Of a DNA stretch of 40,328 bases, positions 16,857-25,718 are shown one piece after another. Numbering within the stretch: the stretch's first letter is position 1; each line of letters opens with the position of its first letter. Origin of the DNA: Bacteroidaceae bacterium (GTDB taxonomy: Bacteria; Bacteroidota; Bacteroidia; Bacteroidales; Bacteroidaceae); assembly GCA_017963785.1 (NCBI GenBank), contig JAGCTG010000032.1:1-40328 (forward strand), read 5' to 3'. A model generated the notes under the pieces. It was not told the origin of the DNA. It was given only the letters and a program-made list of their open reading frames with translations, and made no database searches. The translations under genes and the position numbers were made by a program.

Positions 16857-16874
16857 AAGTGCGAGAGTTCAAAA
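16835..16874. repeat. Octamer tract spanning the mfd start codon and leader
   Basis: Units: gttcgagg gttcgaga gttcaaaa gtgcgaga gttcaaaa. The putative TTG start (16856) lies inside the tract. Confidence 0.7.
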
Positions 16875-16954
16875 GTTAGCTACAAACGCCATAAGACCAC
16901 CTGTATATGTGCGGGTGTTCCTATGGCGTTGGAATGCCTAGTGTGTAGGCAGTC

Positions 16955-17323
16955 TTATTTCTTGGCCGGAGCTGCGGGTGCCTCAGTAGCGGGTGCCTCA
17001 GCTGGAGTGGCTGTGGCAGGCTGTGCTGCGGGAGCGCTGGGGAGTGCGGGTGCAGTGGTCTGCACTGGGGCATTCTCCATGACGGAGCCTGCTACCTTCT
17101 GTGAAGGCACGAGATAGGCTGCAGCTACGCTGAGCACTACCATTGCGATGGCGAGGCCCCATGTGGCTTTCTCCACGAAGTCGGTGGTCTTGCGCACACC
17201 GCCCATGGTGTTGAGATTGGAGAAGCCTGCTGCCAGGCCGCCGCCCTTGGACTCCTGAATGAGCACGATTAGGCACATCAATACTGCTGCTAATACGATA
17301 AGTACAATTACTACGCTATACAT
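16955..17323 (-). CDS. secG: Preprotein translocase subunit SecG with an Ala/Pro/Thr-rich C-terminal tail
   Basis: Two TM helices flank the SecG hallmark LIQESKGGGLAAGF. The tail reads PALPSAPAAQPATATPAEAPATEAPAAPAKK. Confidence 0.8.
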   Translation of the reverse strand: MYSVVIVLIVLAAVLMCLIVLIQESKGGGLAAGFSNLNTMGGVRKTTDFVEKATWGLAIAMVVLSVAAAYLVPSQKVAGSVMENAPVQTTAPALPSAPAAQPATATPAEAPATEAPAAPAKK

Positions 17324-17330
17324 ATTATAA

Positions 17331-17358
17331 AGTTTATAGTTTAATGTTTAAAGTTTAA
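17331..17358. repeat. Heptamer tract in the secG leader (agtttat agtttaa tgtttaa agtttaa)
   Basis: Counted by hand. Begins 8 nt upstream of the secG ATG (17323). Confidence 0.65.
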
Positions 17359-17369
17359 TGTAAGAGTTG

Positions 17370-18212
17370 CTATTTTTTGTTGCGATTCAGACGTATGAGG
17401 AGCTCAAGGTATCTGATTTGCTCTGCAAAGTAAACACTTTTTTTTGGATTATCGGCACTAATTGTCTTGATAATTTCAAGTGCCTGCTCAAATTTGTGCT
17501 GTTTGATATATACTGCTGCCATTGCCTCAGTGAAATATTCCTCTTTGTCGTCGTCATCGTCAATGAGCTCGGCTGGCAGCTGGTCGTCGGCCTCGGCAAG
17601 GCTGCGGCGGATGCCGGAGACGGTGAATTCGTCATCGATTTTAGATTGACCATTGACCATTGACCATTGACCATTATCATACGCCTCCGCCCTAAAGGGC
17701 AGCCGCTCTATCTTAGAGAGGGAGTCTTTTTCTGCTGACTCCTGACTCTCGACTCTTGACTCCTGACTCTCGACTCCTGACTGTTGACTTTCGCTTTCTG
17801 CCTCTTCTTCTATATCCGGCAATTGCTCAAGAAAAGCAGAGTAGTCGGCCTGAAGGTCGCCCTTGTCTTCGGTGTCGGGCAGCTGCTTGAGGAAGGAGTC
17901 AATGAGAATCATCGTGCGGTCGCCATCGGCAGCAACGGTTTCGTCTTCCATCTTCTGCACGGGGATGTTGTAGTTCATGCCTTCCACCATCTCGAAGAGT
18001 ACAGCACGGTCGGCCACCATGAGGGCATACTGCCTGAGCATCTTGCTGAACTGCGGGTCGTGCACCTTATACATATTCTGCAGCAGGAGCAGATAGAGCG
18101 TCTGATGGAAGGGGTATTGCTTTATCGCCTCCTGCAACATTGGTATGGTATTGCGGTTGAGCAGGTCTGGATTGCGCACCAGGTCGATGGCTGTATATTC
18201 TTGTGAGGTCAT
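17370..18212 (-). CDS. Conserved-context hypothetical protein with an acidic repeat-bearing middle and a TPR-like C-terminus
   Basis: ORF track. Sits between the LptE-like gene and secG. The C-terminal AAVYIKQHKFEQALEIIKTIS...YFAEQIRYLELL looks TPR-like. The middle region is encoded by heptamer tracts. Confidence 0.6.
   Translation of the reverse strand: MTSQEYTAIDLVRNPDLLNRNTIPMLQEAIKQYPFHQTLYLLLLQNMYKVHDPQFSKMLRQYALMVADRAVLFEMVEGMNYNIPVQKMEDETVAADGDRTMILIDSFLKQLPDTEDKGDLQADYSAFLEQLPDIEEEAESESQQSGVESQESRVESQESAEKDSLSKIERLPFRAEAYDNGQWSMVNGQSKIDDEFTVSGIRRSLAEADDQLPAELIDDDDDKEEYFTEAMAAVYIKQHKFEQALEIIKTISADNPKKSVYFAEQIRYLELLIRLNRNKK
17644..17678. repeat. Heptamer tract (gattgac cattgac cattgac cattgac cattatc) inside the 280-aa gene
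   Basis: Three perfect cattgac units. Encodes DNGQWSMVNGQS. Confidence 0.8.
17737..17792. repeat. Heptamer tract, 8 units of gactcNN, inside the 280-aa gene
   Basis: Units: gactcct gactctc gactctt gactcct gactctc gactcct gactgtt gactttc. Gives the 7-aa protein periodicity SGVESQE/SRVESQE. Confidence 0.8.
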
Positions 18213-18215
18213 AGA

Positions 18216-18728
18216 TTACCAGTTGGCTACAGTAGCATTGAATATTTGGTCAACGATATCTTTTATCATCTGTGTTACGAGTTCCTCTTGCACAGCGGTG
18301 AGTTGCTGCGAGGCGTCATACTCGGCAGTGGCGGTAAATCGGCGTTCGAAGTCATCGGCGTGCTTGCGATTGTTTACGAAACGCACGTTGACTGTCATCT
18401 TGAGCTGTGTCTGATTGGAGAAGCCGTCGGCGGAGACTGCCTTGTTGAACTGACTGTACTCCACTATCTCACCGGCAAGCTGCAGGTCACCCTGTCGCTT
18501 GACTTGACGCAACTTGGTCTGGCGGGCATAGATATCGGAGAGCTCGTTGTTGAACATTGAGTGCATCGGTGCCCACACATAGGCAGAGCGCAAGGGGAAG
18601 TCGGAAATCTCGATAGTCTTGGTGGTGGTATAGTCTATCGAAGAGCCCGTGAACTTATAGCTCACGCTGCATGCCATAAGCAACGGCATGAGCAGGAGCA
18701 CCGCCTTATTTGATATCCTCAAAGCCAT
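18216..18728 (-). CDS. LptE-like LPS-assembly lipoprotein
   Basis: Lipoprotein signal: LLLMPLLMAC. Size and sequence resemble Bacteroidetes LptE-family proteins. Conserved position between the sigma-54 activator and secG. Overlaps the upstream gene by 23 nt. Confidence 0.55.
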   Translation of the reverse strand: MALRISNKAVLLLMPLLMACSVSYKFTGSSIDYTTTKTIEISDFPLRSAYVWAPMHSMFNNELSDIYARQTKLRQVKRQGDLQLAGEIVEYSQFNKAVSADGFSNQTQLKMTVNVRFVNNRKHADDFERRFTATAEYDASQQLTAVQEELVTQMIKDIVDQIFNATVANW

Positions 18729-19914
18729 ATTCCTTTATATATCTATAGAGCGAGCGCTCACTGATGTTGAGGTGCTCGGCTGTCTTCTTGCGCGAGCCGC
18801 GAAATCGGCGCAGGGTGTCGCGCAACAGGTCTTTCTTGACGTCCTCCATTGTCTCGTCAGCATCGGCGTCAACATACTCTATGTCGGTGGCATCGGGCTG
18901 CGGGGCATCAGGCTTGACGGAGTGTCCGGCCGTTGACGAGGGAAGCGAGAGGGGCGCCCTACCCCGCTCTGCCTTGGCTGGCATACCCAACTGGGTGCGA
19001 AGATCGGCAAGGTCGTGCGAGAGATTCTGCACCTCTTGTCCGAGTTGGGCTAAGTAGGTATAGATGACGGTGCGTTCGCTCTCAAAGCCGTGGTCATCGT
19101 TGACGGAGAGCATAGTGGCGCTGTCGTCATCGGGCAGATACTGGCGCAGGATGTCAAGCGTTATCTCTCGCTGAGGCGCGGTGATAGACATGCTCTCGGC
19201 AAGGTTGCGCAGCTGGCGTATGTTGCCAGGCCATGAGTATCGGCGCAGTGCTGCGGAGGCTTCCTCGTCGAGGCTTATAGGCTCCGTCATGTTATACTTG
19301 GTAGCGGTGTCGAGGGCAAACTTCTTGAACAGTAGATTGACATCACTGCCTCTGTCGCGTAGCGGCGGCACATTGACGCTCACCACATTAAGGCGATAGT
19401 AGAGGTCTTCGCGAAATCGTCCCTCACGCACAGCCTTGACCATATTGATATTGGTGGCAGCGATGAGTCGGACGTCGGTCTTCTTCACTTCGCTGGAGCC
19501 GACGGGGATATATTCACCTTTCTCCAACACACGCAGCAGCAATGCCTGAGTGGTAAGAGGCAACTCACCCACCTCGTCGAGAAACAGGGTGCCTCCATTG
19601 CAGACGGAGAAATAACCCTCGCGATCGTTGGTGGCATCGGTGTAAGCTCCTTTGACATGACCGAAGAGCTCTGAGTTGATAGTGCCTTCAGGAATGGAGC
19701 CGCAGTTGATGGCCATGAAGCGCTTACGATTGCGATGGCTGTGGTCATGCACGATTCGCGAGAATATGTCCTTGCCCACACCGTTCTCTCCGAGAATGAG
19801 CATGGTGAGGTCAGTGGGAGCCACAGTGAGGGCTATCTCCAAGGCTCTGTCAAGAGCCTCGCAGTTACCGATGATATCGTATTGACGCTTTATCTGCTGA
19901 AGGTTGGGTTTCAT
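18706..19914 (-). CDS. Sigma-54-dependent transcriptional activator (AAA+ domain plus C-terminal Fis-type HTH, no receiver domain)
   Basis: Motifs: Walker A GENGVGKD, GHVKGAYTDA (GAFTGA-like), LFLDEVGEL, and the C-terminal HTH TAEHLNISERSLYRYIKEYG. Confidence 0.9.
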   Translation of the reverse strand: MKPNLQQIKRQYDIIGNCEALDRALEIALTVAPTDLTMLILGENGVGKDIFSRIVHDHSHRNRKRFMAINCGSIPEGTINSELFGHVKGAYTDATNDREGYFSVCNGGTLFLDEVGELPLTTQALLLRVLEKGEYIPVGSSEVKKTDVRLIAATNINMVKAVREGRFREDLYYRLNVVSVNVPPLRDRGSDVNLLFKKFALDTATKYNMTEPISLDEEASAALRRYSWPGNIRQLRNLAESMSITAPQREITLDILRQYLPDDDSATMLSVNDDHGFESERTVIYTYLAQLGQEVQNLSHDLADLRTQLGMPAKAERGRAPLSLPSSTAGHSVKPDAPQPDATDIEYVDADADETMEDVKKDLLRDTLRRFRGSRKKTAEHLNISERSLYRYIKEYGFEDIK

Positions 19915-19932
19915 GAGTTAACTTTACAACTT

Positions 19933-22527
19933 TTAGAACGTGAGCTCCAACTTCACTCTCCAGCCCCACTTCTTGGTGTGTGGCAGGTAGAGGTAGTTGA
20001 GTCTGCGCACAGCCTGCACCTGCAGAATCTTGAAAATATTGTAAATACCGGCATATACCTCGACATACGGCTTCTTCTTCTCCATGAGGAAGGAGGAATA
20101 CTCATACTGCCCGTCGGAATTGAAATGGCCGGGAAAGTAATAGAGCTGGCTGTCGTCGGGATGGAGCGAGGGATTGTTCTTGTCGGTGAGGGTACCCCAC
20201 AGGGCATTGACTCCCATTACCTCGCGCCACTTCAGTTTGCGAAGCAGAGGTATGCGGTTGAATATCTTGCCGTTGATGTCCCAGTTGATCATCAGTGAGG
20301 CGTAGCGGTCGTTGAGGAACTCCATATTGTTGACCATGCAGAAGGTACCCTTGTGCACTACATATGAGAGGTTGGCAGCAGGCATGATAAGGAGCGGATA
20401 AGGCACCTTGTTCCATTGTGCGCCAGCCTTGAGATAGAAGTCCATCCTACCCCATGCTGACGGCAGCCATACACGCTTGTAGGCCGTGAACTCGGTGAAG
20501 TTGTAGGTGTGCTCGCCACCCAGCGTCTTAAGACCCAGGGTGTGAGACAGAGTGAATATGGGCGCCTCGTTGTTGACCAGGATACGGCGCTGCTTGGTGT
20601 TGACATACTTGGCTCCGGGGCTGTAGGTGGCACCCAGACGAATGTCGGTGGTGTTGAAGTAGCGTAAGTGGTCGTTTTTATCAGCCGACGGCATACGGCT
20701 GCCATTGAGCGGCTGGTAGAAGAGAGCTGCTACCCCTTCGTCACGCTCACGCTGCATCTGCAGGTCTATGCCGAATCCGTTGGCCCATTCACGCTGGTAT
20801 TTCATACCCACTTTAGTGTAGTACATCATCTGGTCTACCGTTGTCACCTTGAACGAAGTGAACACATTATCCTTGTCGGTAGGCACAAACTTATCGGACG
20901 GCGACATGACATCAGTCTGCGCGGTAATCGACAGATTGTTGAGCGGGAACTCGGTGGCAGAATATGCTCTCTTGTTGAATGCATAGCTCAGCTCGCCCAT
21001 ACCCTTGACGCGGTGGTCCTTGAATCCGTAGGCTACATAGCCTTTTGCAAAGAGGTGCGGATTAAGATTAGCGGTGGTCTGGGCTGAAGCACGCAGACGG
21101 AATCCGTCAACAAAGTTGTGACTGAAGATAGTGTTGACGGGGCCGATATCAATAAGCGACGGCTTCTTGGGGTCGTTGGATGTCTCAACATAATTCTCCA
21201 CGAAAGCCTTAAAGACAAACATCGCCACGTTGAAGTGCTTCATCTGCTGGAACTCCTTCACCATTTTCGGCATATCGGCCTCTGCCTTGGTTAGCGAGTC
21301 GGTACGCATGTCAGTCCAGAACTGGTCGTTTCTCAGCTCAGCATTAGGGTCGATAATCTCTGTGCCGCCGAAACGGAACTCCTTGTCAGGTATCGCCGAC
21401 AGGTTATAGTTGGTAAAGCTATTAGTAAGTTGCACCTGCATTCGTGCCATGTCCATGATGGCAGAGAGCTGCACTGTCATCTTGTTGCTCTCCAGCACCT
21501 GGTCGCCAGAGGGCAGATGCTTAAACTCCTGATTCACATTAAGCTGCTCCACGAAGTTCACGTCAGAGCTATGCGGGATGAGTAGCTTCGACTGCCTCAC
21601 CCTGTAGGTGGAGTCGGCCATGATAAAGAGGCTGCCACTGAAGCCAAAGTCCTGCGGGTTGTTGGGGGTGAAGGTTACCTCAATGCATTTGTCGTCGCCC
21701 ACATAGACGGTGTCCTGAATGAAGAAGCGATAGAAGCTGATGGCATTCTTGGATGAGATGGGCGAGATGAACTGATGGCGCAGCAGACGCACATTGTCGT
21801 CAAAGATATCTACGTCAGTGAAGCAGTCGGCCAGGATGCTGTTGAGTATCTCACCAGTGGTAAAGAACTTGTTCAGACCGTCTTCACGCTTACCAGTGAC
21901 GATAGTCTTCTCGGTGGCAGGACTCTTACGCCAAATCTGGCGCGAAGTGGTCTCCTGGAATGTGATAGGCAGTATGCGCTTACCTGTCTCGGAGCATATC
22001 TCCACATGGTTCTGCAGGAACGGCATCTTCTTAAGCAGACCCTCTTTCAGGCTCTTCTCGCTCACATCGTTGAAGGCGAAGGTCAGCTTCTTATAAAGGT
22101 TGTAGGAGAAGTAGTCATGCCTATGTATATCTGTCTGCTTCTTCGCTTTAATAACCTTCTTCATCAACTCCACGGCAGGGTTGTTTTTGCGTGAATACTT
22201 CTTACGCTTAGCCTTCACTACGGCAGTCTTCAGTTCCTGTGGCGACCACTTGAGCCTCACCTCCATCTCGAGGGCAGAGGTGATACGGAAAGTCTGCTTC
22301 TCATAGCCCATAAAGCTGACGATGAGAGTCTTGCCCTCATGCAGAGGCAAGGAAAAACGGCCTTTCTCATTGGTATTGGTGCCTACAGGCATGCCGTCGT
22401 AATACACATTGGCCCATGCTATCGGCTCTCCTGATTCGGAGTCAATAACACGGCCTGTGAGATTCTGCGCCAGCAGTGTGACCACACCGCCCATTAGCAG
22501 ATATATCAAAAGAATGAATCTTCTCAT
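19933..22527 (-). CDS. CarboxypepD_reg-like N-terminal domain protein of the DUF5686 type (predicted outer-membrane associated)
   Basis: A signal peptide is followed by LTGRVIDSESGEPIAWANVYYDGMPVGTNTNEKGRFSL, a carboxypeptidase-regulatory-like fold. The size of about 860 aa and the aromatic C-terminus (KLELTF) are typical of this Bacteroidetes family. Confidence 0.6.
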   Translation of the reverse strand: MRRFILLIYLLMGGVVTLLAQNLTGRVIDSESGEPIAWANVYYDGMPVGTNTNEKGRFSLPLHEGKTLIVSFMGYEKQTFRITSALEMEVRLKWSPQELKTAVVKAKRKKYSRKNNPAVELMKKVIKAKKQTDIHRHDYFSYNLYKKLTFAFNDVSEKSLKEGLLKKMPFLQNHVEICSETGKRILPITFQETTSRQIWRKSPATEKTIVTGKREDGLNKFFTTGEILNSILADCFTDVDIFDDNVRLLRHQFISPISSKNAISFYRFFIQDTVYVGDDKCIEVTFTPNNPQDFGFSGSLFIMADSTYRVRQSKLLIPHSSDVNFVEQLNVNQEFKHLPSGDQVLESNKMTVQLSAIMDMARMQVQLTNSFTNYNLSAIPDKEFRFGGTEIIDPNAELRNDQFWTDMRTDSLTKAEADMPKMVKEFQQMKHFNVAMFVFKAFVENYVETSNDPKKPSLIDIGPVNTIFSHNFVDGFRLRASAQTTANLNPHLFAKGYVAYGFKDHRVKGMGELSYAFNKRAYSATEFPLNNLSITAQTDVMSPSDKFVPTDKDNVFTSFKVTTVDQMMYYTKVGMKYQREWANGFGIDLQMQRERDEGVAALFYQPLNGSRMPSADKNDHLRYFNTTDIRLGATYSPGAKYVNTKQRRILVNNEAPIFTLSHTLGLKTLGGEHTYNFTEFTAYKRVWLPSAWGRMDFYLKAGAQWNKVPYPLLIMPAANLSYVVHKGTFCMVNNMEFLNDRYASLMINWDINGKIFNRIPLLRKLKWREVMGVNALWGTLTDKNNPSLHPDDSQLYYFPGHFNSDGQYEYSSFLMEKKKPYVEVYAGIYNIFKILQVQAVRRLNYLYLPHTKKWGWRVKLELTF

Positions 22528-22552
22528 CTATAGCATATACAATTAGCGGGTG

Positions 22553-22560
22553 CGAAGTTA
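22553..22560 (-). promoter_or_regulatory. Candidate -7 box variant TAACTTCG upstream of the 864-aa gene
   Basis: tgcgaagttac (22551-22561) lies about 25 nt upstream of the ATG at 22527. The identical 11-mer recurs at 27729-27739. Confidence 0.3.
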
Positions 22561-22606
22561 CAACATTTATCTCACATACGCGCACGAAAGACCGTTAAAA
22601 ACATTA

Positions 22607-22639
22607 AAGTCGCACTTTACACGATGCAAAATGCGACTT
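22607..22639 (-). terminator. Candidate dnaB terminator hairpin
   Basis: aagtcgca (22607-22614) pairs perfectly with tgcgactt (22632-22639). On the minus strand the stem is followed by taatgttttt. Confidence 0.4.
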
Positions 22640-22657
22640 CCACATTCAATATGGCAC

Positions 22658-24187
22658 TCAATATGGCACTGCTCCTCCCGGTTCTCCACCGAAGGGGTCA
22701 GAATCAATCTCCGGCGGTTCGAGTGGCTCCGCTCCTTGCGATGAGGGAGAGGCATTCTGGCTGGAGGCATGCTTGATGGTGCCACCGCCCGAGTATTCGT
22801 CCAGATTCATGAAGCGTGTCAGCTCAGGCTTGAATTTCAGGTGCACGATATCGAGCGAGCCATTGCGGTGCTTGGCAAAGATAAACTCCGCCTTGCCGCG
22901 ATAGTCCTGAGTGTTGTCGGCCGATTGGTAAATCTTGTAGTATTCGGGGCGATGGAGGAAGCATACGATGTCCGCATCCTGCTCTATGGCTCCCGATTCG
23001 CGTAGGTCGCTCAGTTGCGGTCGCTTAGCCTCCTCGCCCTCACGCTTTGTCACCTCGCGGTTTACCTGCGACAGAGCTATCACAGGCACGTCAAGGTCTT
23101 TGGCAAGTGCCTTGAGCGAACGGCTGATATGCGACACCTCCTCCTGGCGGTTGCCGAAGCGGATGCCTGAGCCGGAGGCCGTCATCAACTGCAGGTAGTC
23201 AATCATGATTATCTTAACATCATGTTCCTGCACCAGTCTCCGCGCTTTGGTGCGCAGTTCGTATATCGACAGCGACGAAGTGTCGTCAACATACAGTGGT
23301 GCGCCCTGAAACTCAGTTATCTTGGAGTCGAGCTGAGTCCATTCGTATGGCTGTAGGTCACCGCTGCGCAGTTTCTCCGCCTCTATCTCACACACATTGG
23401 AAATCATGCGCTTTATCAACTGGTCGTTGCTCATCTCCAGACTGAAGAACGCCATCGGTATCTTCTGACTCACCGCTATGTTGCGGGCCATGGAGAGAGC
23501 GAAGGCTGTCTTGCCCATTGCAGGACGCGCAGCAATGATGATGAGGTCAGACTTTTGCCACCCGCCGGTGATTTTGTCAATCTTATGAAACAGGGTAGGC
23601 ACACCGCTGAGTTTGCCTTTCAGCTTTGCAGCTTCCTCTATCGACTGATAGACACGCTTGACGATGGGGTCTATCTGTGTGTATTCCGTGCGCTGGCTTC
23701 TCTCGCTGATTTTGTAAAGGTTGTCCTGCGCAGAGTCGAGCAGCTGCTTCGAATCGATTGTCTCGTCGAAAGCTTTCGTCTGCACCTCGCTCGATGCCGT
23801 AATAAGCTGTCGTTTCACATATTTCTCAGCTATCACCTCAGCGTGGTATCTGATTCCGGCAGAACCAGTGGCCTCGCGGATAAGGTCTGCCAGATAAACC
23901 ATCTGACCCGCGTCCTTGAAGGTGCCTTTCTTCTCCAGCTGCGCCTTAACGGAGAGCACGTCAAACGGCTTGTCGCCTATAGCGAGGTCGCGGATGGCCT
24001 CGTAGATGAGTTGGTGCTTCTTATCGTAGAAGCTCTCGGGAGTGATTATCTCCGTTACCAAGTCGTAGCCAGCACGGTCCACCATCAGTGAGCCGAGCAC
24101 CGAGCGCTCCATCTCCAGTGCCTGCGGCGGGATATGGGTTAGCAGTTGTTCCGGGGCCGCAGCGCGGCTATTTGTTTTAGAAGGCAT
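22658..24187 (-). CDS. dnaB: Replicative DNA helicase DnaB
   Basis: Motifs: LGSLMVD N-terminal domain, Walker A ARPAMGKTAFAL, IDYLQLM, LSQVNRE, and RESGAIEQDAD. No intein. Confidence 0.95.
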   Translation of the reverse strand: MPSKTNSRAAAPEQLLTHIPPQALEMERSVLGSLMVDRAGYDLVTEIITPESFYDKKHQLIYEAIRDLAIGDKPFDVLSVKAQLEKKGTFKDAGQMVYLADLIREATGSAGIRYHAEVIAEKYVKRQLITASSEVQTKAFDETIDSKQLLDSAQDNLYKISERSQRTEYTQIDPIVKRVYQSIEEAAKLKGKLSGVPTLFHKIDKITGGWQKSDLIIIAARPAMGKTAFALSMARNIAVSQKIPMAFFSLEMSNDQLIKRMISNVCEIEAEKLRSGDLQPYEWTQLDSKITEFQGAPLYVDDTSSLSIYELRTKARRLVQEHDVKIIMIDYLQLMTASGSGIRFGNRQEEVSHISRSLKALAKDLDVPVIALSQVNREVTKREGEEAKRPQLSDLRESGAIEQDADIVCFLHRPEYYKIYQSADNTQDYRGKAEFIFAKHRNGSLDIVHLKFKPELTRFMNLDEYSGGGTIKHASSQNASPSSQGAEPLEPPEIDSDPFGGEPGGAVPY

Positions 24188-24322
24188 TTTATTTCTGATT
24201 TACGGTTTTCGCGGCTCGCCGCTCTGTCTTGTTTTAGAAATTATCGCTCCGCTCAATGTAAGTCGAAAGTACTTACTGAGGCTGGCTTATTGTCTTTAAC
24301 TTCTTTAACTTAAATTGTTTTG

Positions 24323-25672
24323 TTATTGGTTATAAAACTCCACCACAGCCTCTACGCCCTTGCGCAAGATGTCGAGTGGGATGTTTTCGTTGGGCGAATG
24401 GATGGCATTGCTCTCAAGGCCGAAGCCCATGAGCACTGTCTTGATACCCAGTATCTTCTCAAAGTCGCTGATGATAGGTATGCTGCCACCGCGCCTCACT
24501 GCCAGCGGCTTCTTGCCAAACGCTTTCTCGAAGCCCTTCTCGGCTGCCTTGTAGGCCGGCAGGTCGATAGGACACACATATCCCTCGCCGCCATGCATCG
24601 GCGTTATCTTCACCTGCACATAGTCGGGGGTGTGAGCCATAACGTGGTCAATGAACAGCTGCGATATCTTGGCGTGATCCTGGTTGGCCACCAGTCGGCA
24701 GCTCACCTTGGCGTAGGCCTTCGAGGGGAGCACCGTCTTGGCGCCCTCGCCGGTATAGCCGCCCCAGATGCCGCAGATGTCAAACGTCGGGCGGCAGCTA
24801 TTGCGCTCCAGCGTGGAGTAGCCTGTCTCTCCCTTGAGAGCCTTCACACCGATGGCAGCCTTGTATTTCTCTTCGTCAAAAGGTATCTGGGCAATCATCT
24901 CGCGCTCCTTCTGCGGCACGGGCAGCACATCGTCGTAGAATCCCGGTATGGTGATGCGGCCGTCCTCGTCCTGCATGTCGCTCATCATCTTACACAGCAC
25001 ATTGATGGGGTTGGCCACGGCTCCGCCGAAATGGCCGGAGTGCAGGTCGCGGTTGGGGCCTGTCACCTCCACCTCCCAGTATGCTAGGCCACGCAGTCCG
25101 GTGGTCAGCGACGGCAGGTCGGCACCCAGCATGCTCGTGTCGCTGACGAGTATCACGTCGGCCTTGAGCAGCTCTTTGTGCTCGTTGAGGAAACTGTTGA
25201 GGCTCGGGCTGCCTATCTCCTCTTCACCTTCGAGTATAAGCTTCACGTTGTGGCGCAGCAGTCCTTCCTTCACCACGTATTCAAACGCCTTGGCTTGGAT
25301 GAACGACTGTCCCTTGTCGTCGTCGGCACCGCGAGCCCAGATGTGGCCGTCCCTTATCTCGGGCTCGAAGGGGTCGCTCTTCCACAGCTCCAGCGGCTCC
25401 ACGGGCATCACATCGTAGTGGCCGTACACCAGTATCGTCTGCGCAGTGTCGCTCACGTGCTTCTCGCCATACACCAGTGGGTTACCCTCGCTGGCCATCA
25501 CCTCTGCCCTATCGGCACCGGCCTCCAGCAGCAGCTCTTTCCAGCGCTCGGCGCAGCGCACCATGTCAGCCTTATGCTCACTCTGCGAGCTTATACTCGG
25601 AATTCTTATCAGGCTAAACAGTTCGTCCAGCCACCGCCCCTCATTCGTGCGGATGTATTCTTTTATTTCCAT
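24323..25672 (-). CDS. M20-family metallo-dipeptidase
   Basis: Motifs: GHYDVMP, ARGADDDKGQ, and EGEEEIGS. About 450 aa, as expected for M20 dipeptidases. Confidence 0.85.
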   Translation of the reverse strand: MEIKEYIRTNEGRWLDELFSLIRIPSISSQSEHKADMVRCAERWKELLLEAGADRAEVMASEGNPLVYGEKHVSDTAQTILVYGHYDVMPVEPLELWKSDPFEPEIRDGHIWARGADDDKGQSFIQAKAFEYVVKEGLLRHNVKLILEGEEEIGSPSLNSFLNEHKELLKADVILVSDTSMLGADLPSLTTGLRGLAYWEVEVTGPNRDLHSGHFGGAVANPINVLCKMMSDMQDEDGRITIPGFYDDVLPVPQKEREMIAQIPFDEEKYKAAIGVKALKGETGYSTLERNSCRPTFDICGIWGGYTGEGAKTVLPSKAYAKVSCRLVANQDHAKISQLFIDHVMAHTPDYVQVKITPMHGGEGYVCPIDLPAYKAAEKGFEKAFGKKPLAVRRGGSIPIISDFEKILGIKTVLMGFGLESNAIHSPNENIPLDILRKGVEAVVEFYNQ

Positions 25673-25718
25673 GTGATTGGTGTTTAGGAGTTAATGGGAA
25701 GTAAACTCCCTGTTAATC

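Noticed and set aside
16885-16930. The hairpin aacgccata (16885-16893) / tatggcgtt (16922-16930) between secG and mfd as a terminator.
   Set aside because: It has a 28-nt loop and no U-tract after the stem on the transcribed strand. It may be structured, but I cannot support a terminator call.
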